Source of the DNA: Octopus sinensis
Taxonomy: Eukaryota
DNA length: 46,385 nt
NCBI RefSeq assembly: GCF_006345805.1
Contig: NW_021833837.1
Location: 1 to 46,385 of the forward strand
Direction: 5' to 3'
Position 1 is the stretch's first letter, and each line of letters begins with the position of its first letter. The position numbers and the translations under genes are program-made. The notes beneath the pieces were generated by a model. It worked only from the letters and a program-made list of their open reading frames with translations. It made no database searches and was not told the origin of the DNA. Shown piece after piece: positions 33,931-46,109 of the stretch.

Positions 33931-35116
33931 CTAGCTGAAAGTGACCCGCTCTACACGCGGGTAAGAGTGTGGTTGTTACTTTCTGTTGCTTCCTTTCAGC
34001 ACGTAAAAAGCACCATCTGAACGTGGTCGATTGCAGCGCCGCCTTGACTGGCTTCTGTGCAGGTGGCACGTAAAAAGCACCAACGGATCGTGGCCGCTGC
34101 GAGCCCTCCTGGCACCTGTCCCGGAAGCACGAAAAAAGCACCCACTACACTCACAGAGTGGTTGGCGTTAGGAAGGGTATCCAGCTGTAGAAACACTGCC
34201 AGATCAGACTGGAGCCTGGTGCAGCTTCCTGGCTTCCCAAACCCCGGTCAAACTGTCCAACCCGTGCTAGCATGGAAAATGGACGTTAAACGATGATGAT
34301 GATGATTCTCCCTCTTTGTTTCTCTCTCCTTTCTCTCTCACTTTCCCCACTCTCTTACTTTTCTTTTCTCTCGGACTCTCCCTCGCTTTCTCTTACTCTC
34401 TATCTTTATCTATCTCTCTCCCATTTATAAACAACAAAAGATCTTGAGTAAGTTGAGAAATAAAATATTTAGAAAGATCAATCATAAATATCAGGCAGTA
34501 ACAATGGAAAGGTCTGCTTCAAGGCAGACAGCCAAACGCTGACATTTAAAAGGCACAGACGAACTTGCGAGCTGAATAAAAATAATAAAATATTGGAAAC
34601 CAAAGTTTGAATCTGAGGATAGTAGAGTCACCATGGCTGGCATTTCTTAACGACGGAGAGCAACGTTTTGACAGTTTAACGGCTGGTGTTAAATTTTGAA
34701 CTTGATGTAAAAGAAAATCCCTAAACACCAAGTTTTGAATTGATTCTTTCTCACGACAGTAGACTCACCATGGCATGCATTCAAAACTTCTTCATCATGG
34801 ACGGCAACACATTGACGATTAAAAGGCTGGCGCAAATTTTTTAGCTTGATGTAACAGAGAATTCCTAAACACCCGCTCCTTTAAATTTGAATCCCCTTCG
34901 AGCCCCATTTAGTCCCCTTTTCACATTTTGGTTAATATAACCCGATTTCATTCGGGTGTACTGGGGCCACATAAGATGAGGAATTTTGACCTCGAGGTCA
35001 CGCCTTTCATTTGAGGAAAAAAAATAGTTGTCATGCAAACTTGCCAGCACTTTTAACATAGGTCTGCATATTTTCAGCTGAACCAACCGACCACTAATGC
35101 ACACATTATATATATA

Positions 35117-35182
<66 letters not shown>

Positions 35183-35986
35183 GGAGTCTCTGTCATACGT
35201 GAGCGTTGACGCTGAATTCGACTGGTAAGCAGGTAACCTTGTCTTTGTTGAAATAGTTGTGAGCTACTGGAGTTATTTCTCTGACGGGTAATAAGAATTT
35301 CCATATCCTCCGAGGAAACGAACTGTTGACCCAGACAATTAGAATTACTTTTAATAAAAGCATCAATTTAAGAAAAAATAATAAAGTAGTAAAAAATGAA
35401 AATTTAGCACGAAAAATTTGCAGGGTTCTAAATAAACGTTAAAATGTAATAGATACGAAAAACCTACATTATCACCAGAACACGAACGCTCGTTGGCGTG
35501 TTCTGTTTGTATTTGCTCGATCGGCGCGTTGACAGGCAGAGAATAGAATGGATGGCGAGATTCATAATATTTGTTGTCATGATTGTGTGTTGAAGGTGGC
35601 GATGGTAATTCTCTCTATGAATGCAGACAGATACATAAAAGAAGGCCATTTGAGGAAGTGAAAGTAATGGGAATGTATGAAATAGAGTGAGTGAAAAAGT
35701 GCTGGGAAGAGAGGAAATAGCGAGAGTGAGTTGAGGAAGACAGATACATTAAAGAACGCAAGTGGACTTGTCAAAGTGGGTTTTTCGCCCTAGCAACGAC
35801 ACCTTTTAAGATAGGGATTTCTAAGGTAGCCCACGGGAATCGTTACCTCATTTTACATGTCCCTGTAAATTTTGGAGTCAATCGGACGGGATGTAGTGGC
35901 CTTGAAAGCGATCCAAGCGGTAAAAATGCATTTCAGTTTTATATATATATATATATATATATATAGTATATATATATATATATATA

Positions 35987-36040
<54 letters not shown>
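33931..36040 (-). mobile_element. Non-autonomous Helitron, unit 2, joined head-to-tail to unit 1
   Basis: Its 3' hairpin-CTAG (33931-33934) abuts the TC start of unit 1. Both terminal parts align with unit 1. The 5' end merges into (TA)n at 35941-36040, so that boundary is uncertain. Confidence 0.7.
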
Positions 36041-36071
<31 letters not shown>

Positions 36072-36097
36072 ATATATATATATGTATATATATATAT

Positions 36098-37012
36098 ATC
36101 ATCATCATCATCATCATCATCATCGTTTAACGTCCGCTTTCCATGCTAGCATGGGTTGGATGGTTTAACTGGGGTCTGGGAAGCCCGAAGGCTGTACCAG
36201 ACCAGTCAGATCTGGCAGTGTTTCTACAGCTGGATGCCCTTCCTAACATCAACCACTCCGTCAGTGTAGTGGGTGCTTTTTATGTGCCACCGACACAGGT
36301 GCCAGATGAGGCTGGCGAACGGCCATGCTCAGATGGCGCATTTTACGTGCCACTGGCAGTGAGGCCAGGCAGGGCTGGCACGGCCACGATCGGATGGTGT
36401 TTGTTACGTGCCACCAGCACGGAGGCCAGTCGATGCGGTGCTGGCTACGGCCATGTTCGGATGGTTCTCTTATGTGCCACCGGCACTGGTATCACAGCTA
36501 CAAATTCCATTGATGTTGATCGATTTTGATTTGATTCTTCGATTTTGATTTTGATTTTCACTTGCCTCAACAGGTCTTCACAAGTAGAGTTATGTGTCCC
36601 AAGAAGGAAGGTATGCACAGGTGGACTGACTACGTCCCAGGTAGGGGCCACGGGTTATGGCCTCACTTGTCCTGACGGGTCTTCTCACGCACAGCATACT
36701 TCGAAAGGTCTGGGTCTCTGGTCATTTTCTTGGTGAGACCTAAAGAGCGAAGGTCGTGTTTCACCACCTCATCCCAGGTTTTCCTGGGTCTACCTCTTCC
36801 ACAGGTTCCCTCAACTGCTAGGGTGCGGCACTTTTTCACACAACTATCTTCATCCATTCTTACCACGTGTCCATACCAGCGTAGACGTCTCTCTTGCACA
36901 CCACAACTGATGCTTCTTAGGTCCAGCTTTTCTCTCAGGGTACTTACGCTCTGTCGGGTATGAACACTGACATTACACATCCATCGGAGCATACTGGCTT
37001 CATTTCTTGGCA
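36098..37012 (-). mobile_element. 5'-truncated RTE LINE
   Basis: (ATC)n tail at 36098-36123, 3' UTR, and ORF end RNEASMLRWMCNV...REKTRQDK (36663-~37010). Confidence 0.92.
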
Positions 37013-37035
37013 TCACATAATATATATATATATAA

Positions 37036-37311
37036 TCTTTTTCGTGACTGCCCAGACCATCAGATGTTGTTACACATCGCTGGTCACAATGAGTTCGCAT
37101 TGTTTTAGCATTCGAATGACGCCACCCCGCTGGCTAAGCGAGCAGGCCAACAGAAGAAAGAGTGGTGGAAGAGTACAGCAGGGATCACCACCCCCTTCCG
37201 GAGCCTCGTGGAACTTTTAGGTGTTTTCGTTCAATAAACACTCACAACGCCCGGTCTAGGAATCGAAACCGCGAGTCCGCTGCCCTAACCACTGGGCCAT
37301 TGCGCCTCCAC
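37036..37311 (-). mobile_element. tRNA-derived SINE, copy 3 of the triplicated block
   Basis: Head GTGGAGGCGCAATGGCCCAGTGGTTAGGGCAGCGGACTCGCGGTTTCGATTCC. Confidence 0.85.
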
Positions 37312-37412
37312 ATATATATATACAAAGAGAGAGAGAGTGAGAGAGAAAGAGAGAGAGAGAGGAGGGAATGGGAGGGAGAGAGAAGGAGATAATGATAATG
37401 TGTGTGTGTGTA

Positions 37413-37985
37413 CAGGTTGTTCCGAAATTAAGGCCACCAATTTTTGGACTTTAATAACAATCAATAGATGCGATAAGATATGAAAATTATACATCATTGT
37501 AAAAGCTTAGTGTGTCTTGTGTTTGCTTCAGACCAAATAAATTCACATTTATAGATTAGATAATGGCTACAGACCGAAATTCAATCATAATACTCTCCAA
37601 GGAGGCGAAAGTAATACAACTATAGCAAAAAAATGCTTAAAAGTAACCGAACAACAGTCAAGAAAATTGTCAAGAAATTTCAAGAGACTGGTTCCACAGC
37701 CGGTTGCCCTGGACGTGGCCAAAAAAGAAATGTGCAGACCCTTCAGCTTATCAATTATACCAAACAGAAGATACGGTGAAATCGTTCCCTCAGAAAACTG
37801 GATGCTACAGCAAAACTAAGCTGAACATCGGTGTATCCAAGTGCTGAAGGAGGGTCTCAGGACCCAATGCTAAAAGATGATCCGTTGTCATGAGCTCACA
37901 CAAGTTTACAAAGCCATAGGACTGGAGAGGAATCGTCTTATCATGCGTTAAAATTTTCATAATGCAGTAATTTTTCACTTGTAAA
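37413..37985 (+). mobile_element. Tc1/mariner (maT/DD37D-like) transposon 5' half with a decayed transposase HTH region
   Basis: TA|CAGGTTGTTCCGAAATTAAGG terminus. Interrupted translation MATDRNSII...IAKMLKSNRTTVKKIVKKFQETGSTAGCPGRGQKRNVQT...KQKIR*N.SLRKL resembles the N-terminal HTH of this superfamily. Cut off by an RTE. Confidence 0.7.
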
Positions 37986-37989
37986 GTGA

Positions 37990-38583
37990 AAGAGGTAGAC
38001 CCAGGAAAACCTGGGATGAGGTGGTGAAGCACGACCATCGAACTTTAGGTCTGACCGAGGAAATGACTAGAGACCGAGACCTATGGAAGTATGCTGTGTG
38101 TGAGAAGACACGGCAGGACAAGTGAGACCATAACCCATGGCCTCAGTCCACTTATACATACCTTTCCTTCTTGGGACACAAAACTCTACTTGTGAAGACC
38201 TGTTGAGGCAAGTGAAAATCAAACCAAAATCGATGAACATCAATGGAAATTGTAGCTGTGATACCAGTGCCGGTGGAACATAAGAGAACCATCCGAACGT
38301 GGCCGTTGCCAGCACCGCCCCAACTGGCCCCCATGCCGGTGGCACGTAAAAAGCACCATCTGATCATTGGCCGTTTGCCATCCTCGTCTGGCCTCCGTGC
38401 AGGTGGCACGTAAAAAGCACCCACTACACTCATGGAGTGGTTGGCGTTAGGAAGGGCATCCAGCCGTAGAAACATTGCCAGCTCAGACTGGGCCTGGTGC
38501 AGCCTTCTGGCTTCCCAGACCCCAGTTGAACCGTCCAACCCATGCCAGCATGGAAAGCAGACGCTAAATGATGATGATGATGA
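37990..38583 (+). mobile_element. Short 5'-truncated RTE LINE
   Basis: Last codons RGRPRKTWDEVVKHD..., then 3' UTR and (GAT)n tail. Confidence 0.9.
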
Positions 38584-38849
38584 AAACATGTCCTACCCAT
38601 CTGCACTGAATTCTCATCAGCATGCTATGGATACTGGACATATCACACATTTCTAGGATTTTGACATTTGATGTCTTATCTTGCCATTTTGCTGCATGTG
38701 TTGCACACATGCGAAAAGTTTCAAGTTTTTCTTATTTGTCTGCAAAAGGGAGTCCATGCCACTACCCCATTCAGAAAAATGCTTCGAATACAAGATTTGT
38801 ATACATTTATTTTAGTAATCAGGTGTGTTCACACAAATACATATAATAA

Positions 38850-39735
38850 TATGCAGGATAATAATATGCAATTTAATGCTGAAAAATTCCAGGCCCTGCG
38901 CTACCAGCATCCAAAACTGAATATTAAACTTACAGGATACACCGGTCCACAGGAATTTCAATCCCAGAGCCAAAGTCTGTGTGGGACCTGGGTATTGACA
39001 TGAGTGATGATACCTGTTTCCAAGTGCACATTACCATGATGGCGACAAAGTGCAGACGAATGGCTGGATGGATCCTAAGAACATTCAGAACCAGAGATAA
39101 GGAAACCATGATGGTCCTCTGGCGGACATTCGTCCTCAGTCGCCTGGATTACTGCTCACAGCTATGGTCACCCACCAGTGTAAAATTAACAGCGGACCTT
39201 GAAGCAATCCAGAGAAGATTCACAAAGAAGATCGTCTCTTTGCAACAGCTCAGCTACTGGGAAAGGTTGAAACAGCTAAGACTCTACTCCCTGGAGAGAA
39301 GACGGGAGAGGTATGCAGTAATATATGTCTGGAAGATCCTGGAAGGAATTGTGCCAAATTTTGGCATTGTAAGCTACACCAATGCTAGAACGGGACGACA
39401 CTGCATAGTGCCAAAGATCCCAGCAATGCCATCACACTTCAGGACCAGCTTCTGCAACAGCCTGGGTTTCAAGGGCCCACAGCTTTTTAATATTCTCCCA
39501 AAGAGTCTGAGGAACTTGCACAAAGTAGATGTAGCGGCTTTTAAATCAAAGCTGGACATCTTCCTGTCAAGAGTCCCAGATGAACCTACCTCAGGGCAAG
39601 AGGTGTAAATGAGAATAGCTATATCAAACTCCATTCTTCACCAAGTGCCACATATTAGACAAGGTCCGTCGTAATAACAGTGTAGCACAAAACGGCGGTG
39701 CATCAGCATGGCCGCTGCTCTGAGCTGAAACTAGA
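38850..39735 (+). mobile_element. 5'-truncated CR1-group LINE (ORF2 C-terminus 38979-39608)
   Basis: The 209-aa ORF is homologous to the end of the 976-aa ORF2. The 3' end reads GAGCTGAAACTAGAAAAAAA. Confidence 0.9.
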
Positions 39736-40399
39736 AAAAAAAATCTCAAACTAAATACATAACCAAAAGAGCTACTACTAGATTCATGCTGTTATGGTAC
39801 AGGCATATTTATAAACTACGTATCTTCAGGGAATACAGCCAAAGAAACCAAACGAAATCTGAGTGGAACCTGGAGCAGCACTCTGGCTTGCCAGCACCTG
39901 TCACACTTTCCCATCCAAGCCTGCAAAGGAAATGGATGGTAAAGGATGATGATGATGATGATGATGAAAACACAACAAAGGCAAAATCAATGTCACTTAA
40001 AACTTTTATTCCTTATTCCCATTCCTTTATTCTCTCATAACAAATTCCTCAAAAATCCAGCACAATCATCTTCAGAAACCAAAGTCATCTCTGTGTTGAT
40101 GTATTTAGATATATAAATGATATTGAAGTTGTGATTCATGAATTTCATGTTGACATCCAAGAAACTGAAGTTGATAATGTCAAGCTTGAAGAGGAATAAA
40201 CCCTGTCTTTTAGCAGACAAAATATTCATAATTGTTGTCGTGTTGTAATAAATTTTAATACTGATACAGTTACACTTGTGTATGAATACTCACGAGTACT
40301 TAAGAGGCCATTTGCAGAGAATGGTTTACCACAGATATGACATTGATATGGTTTTTTTCCCCAGTATGAATATGCTTGTTACTATTGCTAGAGAATGAT

Positions 40400-41665
40400 T
40401 CACCAGATATCACAATCATGTGGTTTCTTCCCTGTATGGGTACGTTTGTGTTTAGACAAGACCCCACTTTGGGAGAATGATTTACCACAAATATAACAAT
40501 GATATGGCTTCTCTCCTGTATGAATACGTCTGTGATTATTTAAAGTCTTGTTGTGAGAAAATGATTTACCACAAATATCACACTGATATGGGTTTTCTTC
40601 AGTATTAATACATTTGTGACTAATCAAATAGCTATTTGTAGAGAATGCTTTATAACAGATATTACAAAAATATGGCTTCTCTCCCGTATGAATACGTTTA
40701 TGCCTAGTTAAAGTGCTACTTTCAGAAAATGATTTACCACAGATATTACAATGATACGGTTTCTCTCCTGTATGAACACGCTTGTGCTTAGTCAACTGAC
40801 TATTTTCAGTGAATGCTTTATAACAGATATTACAAAAATATGGCTTCTCTCCCGTATGAATACGTTTATGCCTAGTTAAAGTGCTACTTTCAGAAAATGA
40901 TTTACCACAGATATTACAATGATACGGTTTCTCTCCCGTATGTATACGTTTGTGTTTAATCAAGTCACTACTTCCAGAAAATGATCTACCACAGATAGTA
41001 CAATGATAGGGCTTCTCACCTGTATGAGTACGTTTGTGTTTAAGCACGTCACCACCTTGAGAAAATGATTTACCACAGATATCACACTGATACGGTTTTT
41101 CCTCAGTATGAATACGTTTGTGACGAGTGACAGTGTCAGTTCTGGAAAATGATTTACCGCAGATATCACACTGATATGGATTTTCCCCAGTATGACTGCG
41201 TTTGTGATTAGTCAATACACTATTGCTAGCGAACGATTTATCACAGATATCACAATGAAATGGCTTCTCTCCTGTATGTGTGTATGTGTGTGTAGTCAAG
41301 TTACTCCTTTGAGAGAATGACCTACCACAAATATCACAGTGATATGGCTTCTCTCCTGTATGAACACGTTTGTGTGATCTCAAGGGAGCAGACTCAGGAA
41401 ATGATTTACCATAGATATTACACTGATATGGTTTTTCCCCAGTATGAATATGTTTTTGATGAGTCAAATGACCATTTTGCGAGAATGATTTACCACAGAC
41501 ATCACAGTGATATGGTTTCCCTCCTGTATGTGTACGTTTGTGTTTAGTCAAGTTACCACAATTAGAAAATGATTTACCACAGATATCACAATGATATGGC
41601 TTCTCTTTTGTATCAGGGGTTTTTGGTTCAGTCAAATTATTCATTATGAGAGAATAATCTGTCAT
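40400..41665 (-). CDS. Tandem C2H2 zinc-finger protein (14 finger modules, 11 canonical); may be a decaying copy
   Basis: Repeated YxCxxCGKSF...H-x3-H fingers with TGEKP linkers. First ATG at 41665 (the ORF track starts at GTG 41674). Upstream splice acceptor cttttcttatttcag at 42076/42075. Confidence 0.9.
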   Translation of the reverse strand: MTDYSLIMNNLTEPKTPDTKEKPYHCDICGKSFSNCGNLTKHKRTHTGGKPYHCDVCGKSFSQNGHLTHQKHIHTGEKPYQCNIYGKSFPESAPLRSHKRVHTGEKPYHCDICGRSFSQRSNLTTHTYTHTGEKPFHCDICDKSFASNSVLTNHKRSHTGENPYQCDICGKSFSRTDTVTRHKRIHTEEKPYQCDICGKSFSQGGDVLKHKRTHTGEKPYHCTICGRSFSGSSDLIKHKRIHTGEKPYHCNICGKSFSESSTLTRHKRIHTGEKPYFCNICYKAFTENSQLTKHKRVHTGEKPYHCNICGKSFSESSTLTRHKRIHTGEKPYFCNICYKAFSTNSYLISHKCINTEENPYQCDICGKSFSHNKTLNNHRRIHTGEKPYHCYICGKSFSQSGVLSKHKRTHTGKKPHDCDIW

Positions 41666-42299
41666 AAATATCACAATAATAGTGTGTTCTTCAAAATTCT
41701 GTGGATGTTAGTGTTTAGTTGTGTCACTATTTCCAGAGAATAATTTAATCTTATGTTTCTTTCGTTTGTGATTTTACTTAATGTCTAAAATAGAAAATGT
41801 AAACTGTCAAATCTTTTGTAAAGTTATCCAATGTTAATCAACCTGTTAATTGATAATCTCCTCTACATTCCAGACAGTGGAGAAAAAAAATGTTGTTGTT
41901 ATTACAATGTCCAGAAATTTTTTCCCATCATTTGTTGAAGATCTAATTTATATTAAGAGGTTGATGTATTGATGAATGTTTCTTGTGGACGTCCTTCAGT
42001 CAAGGAAAGTCAATAAAAACATCAGAGGCACGTCTGAATGAAGAAATTTCTTTTATGTCGACACGATGTGATATTCTGAAATAAGAAAAGAGGCAGTAAG
42101 ATAAAGTGGATAGTTAAACAACAGAGTTATTCAATTTTACAACATCAATTGACATCCATTTAATATCTACGTTTGCATGGGGCAGAATCCATTGAGGCAT
42201 TGAAAGTTTTACAACATTCTGTATATAGATGAATCATTTTTACCTTTCTCTAATTATTTATCTCTTTTCTTTCTCTTCTCTCCTTTCACTTGTTTCACC

Positions 42300-42900
42300 T
42301 GTGGTTAGGGTATTTCACTCACAATTGTAAAGTTGTGAGTTCGATACACAGTGGTGCAATGAGTCTCCAAGCCATTTTATTTCACTTTGCATCAGTCCCC
42401 TCAGGTGTCAAAAATGAGTCTCACCTGTAATTCAAAGGGCCAGTCTTCTCACCATCCGTGTCATGCTGTGCCTCCCTGAAGACTATATTAAGGGTCCACA
42501 TGTCTGTGGAATACTCAGCCATTTGCATGTTAATTCCATGAGCAGGCTTTTCAGTTGATTGGATAAACTAAAACATAGAGTGCCAGCAAGTGGTTCAGCC
42601 AGGGACTGTGGCCATGCTGGAGTACTTCTTTAAATGGTTCAATCAAACGAATCAACCCCTCTACTTATATTTAAGTTTGCTACATATTCTATGAGTCTCT
42701 TTGGACCAACCACTATGTCACAAGGATGTAAACAAACTAACAACCATAGTCACACGCAGTATGGCAGGAGGGGGAGAAACACAAAGACACACATACGCAC
42801 CTAATTGTATACATGATACACTTTCCACCTACCAAATCTCCCCACAAGGCTTTAGTTGGCCCAGGGTTGTAGTAGAAGACATTGGCTTAAGATGCCACGG
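42300..42900. mobile_element. Two degenerate SINEs (plus strand ~42300-42575; minus strand ~42596-42900)
   Basis: Similar to 8251-8500 and to 43717-44112 respectively. Confidence 0.5.
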
Positions 42901-43029
42901 GACCACTTGCTTTGAGAGCAAGTACATGGTTCAATATCCTTTATTTAATATTTCAGAAATATTTGGCTGCTATTTCCAGCAGCTTCTGTAACCTGTGTAG
43001 AAGCTCCTTTATGGAACAAGACAGACCGT

Positions 43030-43710
43030 CATCATTGTCATCATTTTAACATCCACTTTTCCATGCTTCAATGGATCAGATGGATTATACAGAGGCAGAT
43101 ATTCTACAGCTGGATGCCCTTCCTGTTGCCAATCCTTACCTGTTTCCAAGTGAAGTGAGATTCTTACCAAAAACTTACCACATAACAAGCCATAACCCCC
43201 TCTGCTGAATGGTTGGTGTCAGGAAGGGCATCCAGCTGTAAAATCCTGCTAAAACAATCACAGATCTCGTGCAGTCTTCCACCTGGCAGACTCCTGTCAA
43301 GCCTCCCCCTCAGGCTGGCATGGAAGGCAGACATTAAACGATGATGATGATATGTGTATACGTGATATGCTTCTTTCAGTTTCCATCTACCACATCCACT
43401 CACAAGGTTTTAGTTGACCCAAGGCCATCAGGGGAGACACTTACCCAAACTGCAAGCATGGGTTGGGTAGCAAACTCCCTACCTCAGAGCCACACCTGCT
43501 CCCTGCATCGACTGATGCTGGCGACACATAAAAAGCACCCAGTACATTCTGTGGTTGGCATTAGGAAGGGCATCTAGCAGTAGAAACCATTGTAAAGATG
43601 ACATTGCAGCCTGACCCAGCCCTGCACTGTTCTGCTTCTCTGTCAAACAGTCCAACCTATGCCAGAATGGAAAGCAGACATTAAACAATGACAACGAGGA
43701 AGATGATGAC
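43030..43710. mobile_element. Cluster of old RTE-3'-UTR-like and SINE fragments
   Basis: Recurrent AGGAAGGGCATC(C/T)AGC and CATGGAA(A/G)GCAGACATTAAAC(G/A)ATGA motifs. Confidence 0.55.
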
Positions 43711-43716
43711 GATATG

Positions 43717-43992
43717 TTCTTTTACTTGTTTGTGTCATTTGACTGCGGCCATGCTGGAGCATGTATACATAATATCTCTCTTTACTCTTTTGCTTGTTTC
43801 AGTCTTTTGACTGTGGCCATGCTGGAGCACCGCCTTTAATCAAGCAACCCGACCCCAGGACTTATTCTTTTGTAAGCCCAGTACTTATTCTATCCGTCTG
43901 TTTTGCCGAACCACTAAGTAACGGGGACATAAACACACCAGCATCGGTTGTCAAGCAATGATAGGGGGACAAACACAGACACACAAATATAT

Positions 43993-44029
<37 letters not shown>

Positions 44030-44112
44030 ACAGGCTTCTTTCAGTTTCCGTCTGCCAAATCCACTCACAAGGCATTGGTCAGCCCGAGGCTATAGCAGAA
44101 GAGACTTGCCAA
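43717..44112 (-). mobile_element. Long SINE (CORE-like body, microsatellite, CR1-derived tail), head truncated
   Basis: The tail GTTTCAGTCTTTTGACTGTGGCCATGCTGGAGCACCGCC resembles the CR1 3' end at 27745-27786. The terminal segment is duplicated at 43737 and 43805. Confidence 0.7.
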
Positions 44113-44195
44113 AGATATATATATATATACCGGAGTAAACACATAAATGTGAAACAAGGTGGAAAAAAGAGTACTCAAATACCAGTGGTAGAGTA

Positions 44196-44274
44196 ATATG
44201 CTTTATTTAAAGCAGCAGAAAATTCAAAACTCAGAGTAACACGTTTTGTTGAATTTTCTGCTGCTTTAAATAAA

Positions 44275-44280
<6 letters not shown>
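44196..44280. repeat. 27-bp perfect inverted repeat at the end of a dispersed-repeat fragment
   Basis: CTTTATTTAAAGCAGCAGAAAATTCAA (44201-44227) pairs with 44249-44275, enclosing a 21-nt loop. Confidence 0.85.
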
Positions 44281-44319
<39 letters not shown>

Positions 44320-45081
44320 GAAAGGGAGAGAGAGAAAGAGAGATACACATGCACACATCTAAAGTTTTACACAGCAAGCACAATAACCTCAAAAATTTAC
44401 GATGCTCAACAATTAACAAGAGAAAGTTGTAACAACGACACTGAGTGTAGTTTAAAAACATTCGCAGGTTTGTTGTATGAAGCTCGTTTCTCAACCACAT
44501 AGTTCTAGATACAGTCCCAGGACATGACAAATTGGGCACAACTTTTCTACTACACGCTTGAGCTGACCCATGTCTTGTGAGTGGATTTTGGTAGGTGGAA
44601 TTTGAAAAAAGCCGATCCTGTATACATATACACATATATATATCAATGTGTGTGTTTTTCCGCCCAACCCTCACTCACTGCTTGAAAACCGACGTTGGTG
44701 ATTATGAGGAAAGAAAACTGAGGCTTGTGAATCATGTGAAATTCTCCTTCATTACACTGGCTCAGAACAATGGTTTCCACAACAAATTCGGATATAATCA
44801 CAAACTACACCGTCTGAAAAGTATTAAAACTGTCATCCTCTAAAATATAGTCATAGCACATTCCATTAAAGAAAAACAAAAAACGATTTTTCAGAAAGTG
44901 AGAAGAAAACAAAGTCAGTGGGGCACAATTATGTACTTATACACCACAGATTTTTAGTTATTCTATCAAAATTAATTAGACAGCTTTTCTCTCATTATGC
45001 AGTAATTAAATGTAAGGAACATCTACCAATTCTGAATTACCGTTAATCTAACAAATCTTTTATCAATTTACTTCACATCAC

Positions 45082-45502
45082 GGATCTTTTCCGTTTGACG
45101 GGCAGTTTTTCAAAATAATTTCCACGTAACTAAACACTTTTAAACTTCGTATACTGGTAGAATGTGTTTATAAAACATCTTTTTCTCTTGGCTTTATTGA
45201 GAAAATTCTATGGTTTGTAAGATATTTGTTGTGGTTTTTTCTTCAATTTCGGCAATTTCAACCAATCAATGACGTCTATTGAGGTGAAAGTATTCTGTGC
45301 CGTATGAATATGTCCCTCGTTTAAGAAACAGATTGGGTTTATTTACATTTCTGAAGAAAAAAAGATACCCTTCTGCCACCCCTAACTAACCCTAACCCTA
45401 AAACAGATTGAAATGCAATAGATCGATACTAGGGTCATAATTATGGGTGACAATTTCATATGACCCCGCTAGAAAAAACTGCCGGTCAAACGGAAAAGAT
45501 CC
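45082..45502 (+). mobile_element. 421-bp MITE monomer (GGATCTTTTCC TIRs, degenerate 8-bp TSD)
   Basis: GGATCTTTTCCGTTTGACGGGCAGTTTT pairs with AAAACTGCCGGTCAAACGGAAAAGATCC. The flanks CACATCAC and CATATTAC match at 6 of 8 positions. The body matches one arm of 9177-9945. Confidence 0.85.
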
Positions 45503-46109
45503 CATATTACATGGAACACTCGTCCGTCTTTACTCAAAGTTCAGATTCCACCAAGGTTCGCTTTGCCTGTCATCCTTTCGAGGTCAATGAAATAAAAAGC
45601 AATAAAAAGAACTGGTGTCCAGGCAATAGAATTACGTCTTCCCACCAAATTACAGGCCTTATCATTATCTTCATTATTATTTATGGACTCGGAAACGAAT
45701 TTAAGTGAAATGTCGACTTCGGCGGAAAGTCCTGAGTTTAAATACGGCCGAGGTCGACTTTGCCTTCATCCCTTTCGGGAAATACTAAGTTCCATATATT
45801 CTACTCCCCTCGCTCGCACGAAAGATTGCTCGCCTTGGGCCAAAATTTGAAACCATCATCATCATCACTATTATTAATATAACATTAAAGTAAATCTTAT
45901 TATCAATGCCTCATAAACAACAGGACAGCATTAATTAATGTGGTATACTTCCTCTAATTTTACTAATTAAATATGCCATTCTACTGTCCCATTCTGTGAA
46001 CATCTTCATCTTGAAGAGTTTTCAAATTTTCACCAGAAAAGCTGAATTTTTATAGGGATCTGTAGCCTCAGAAATAAGCCTGAGACCTTTTCACTTTGAC
46101 AGGCAGATA

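Noticed and set aside
37255-37311. tRNA genes at the SINE heads
   Set aside because: The anticodon arm is missing, no acceptor stem can be formed, and each head runs into a SINE body.
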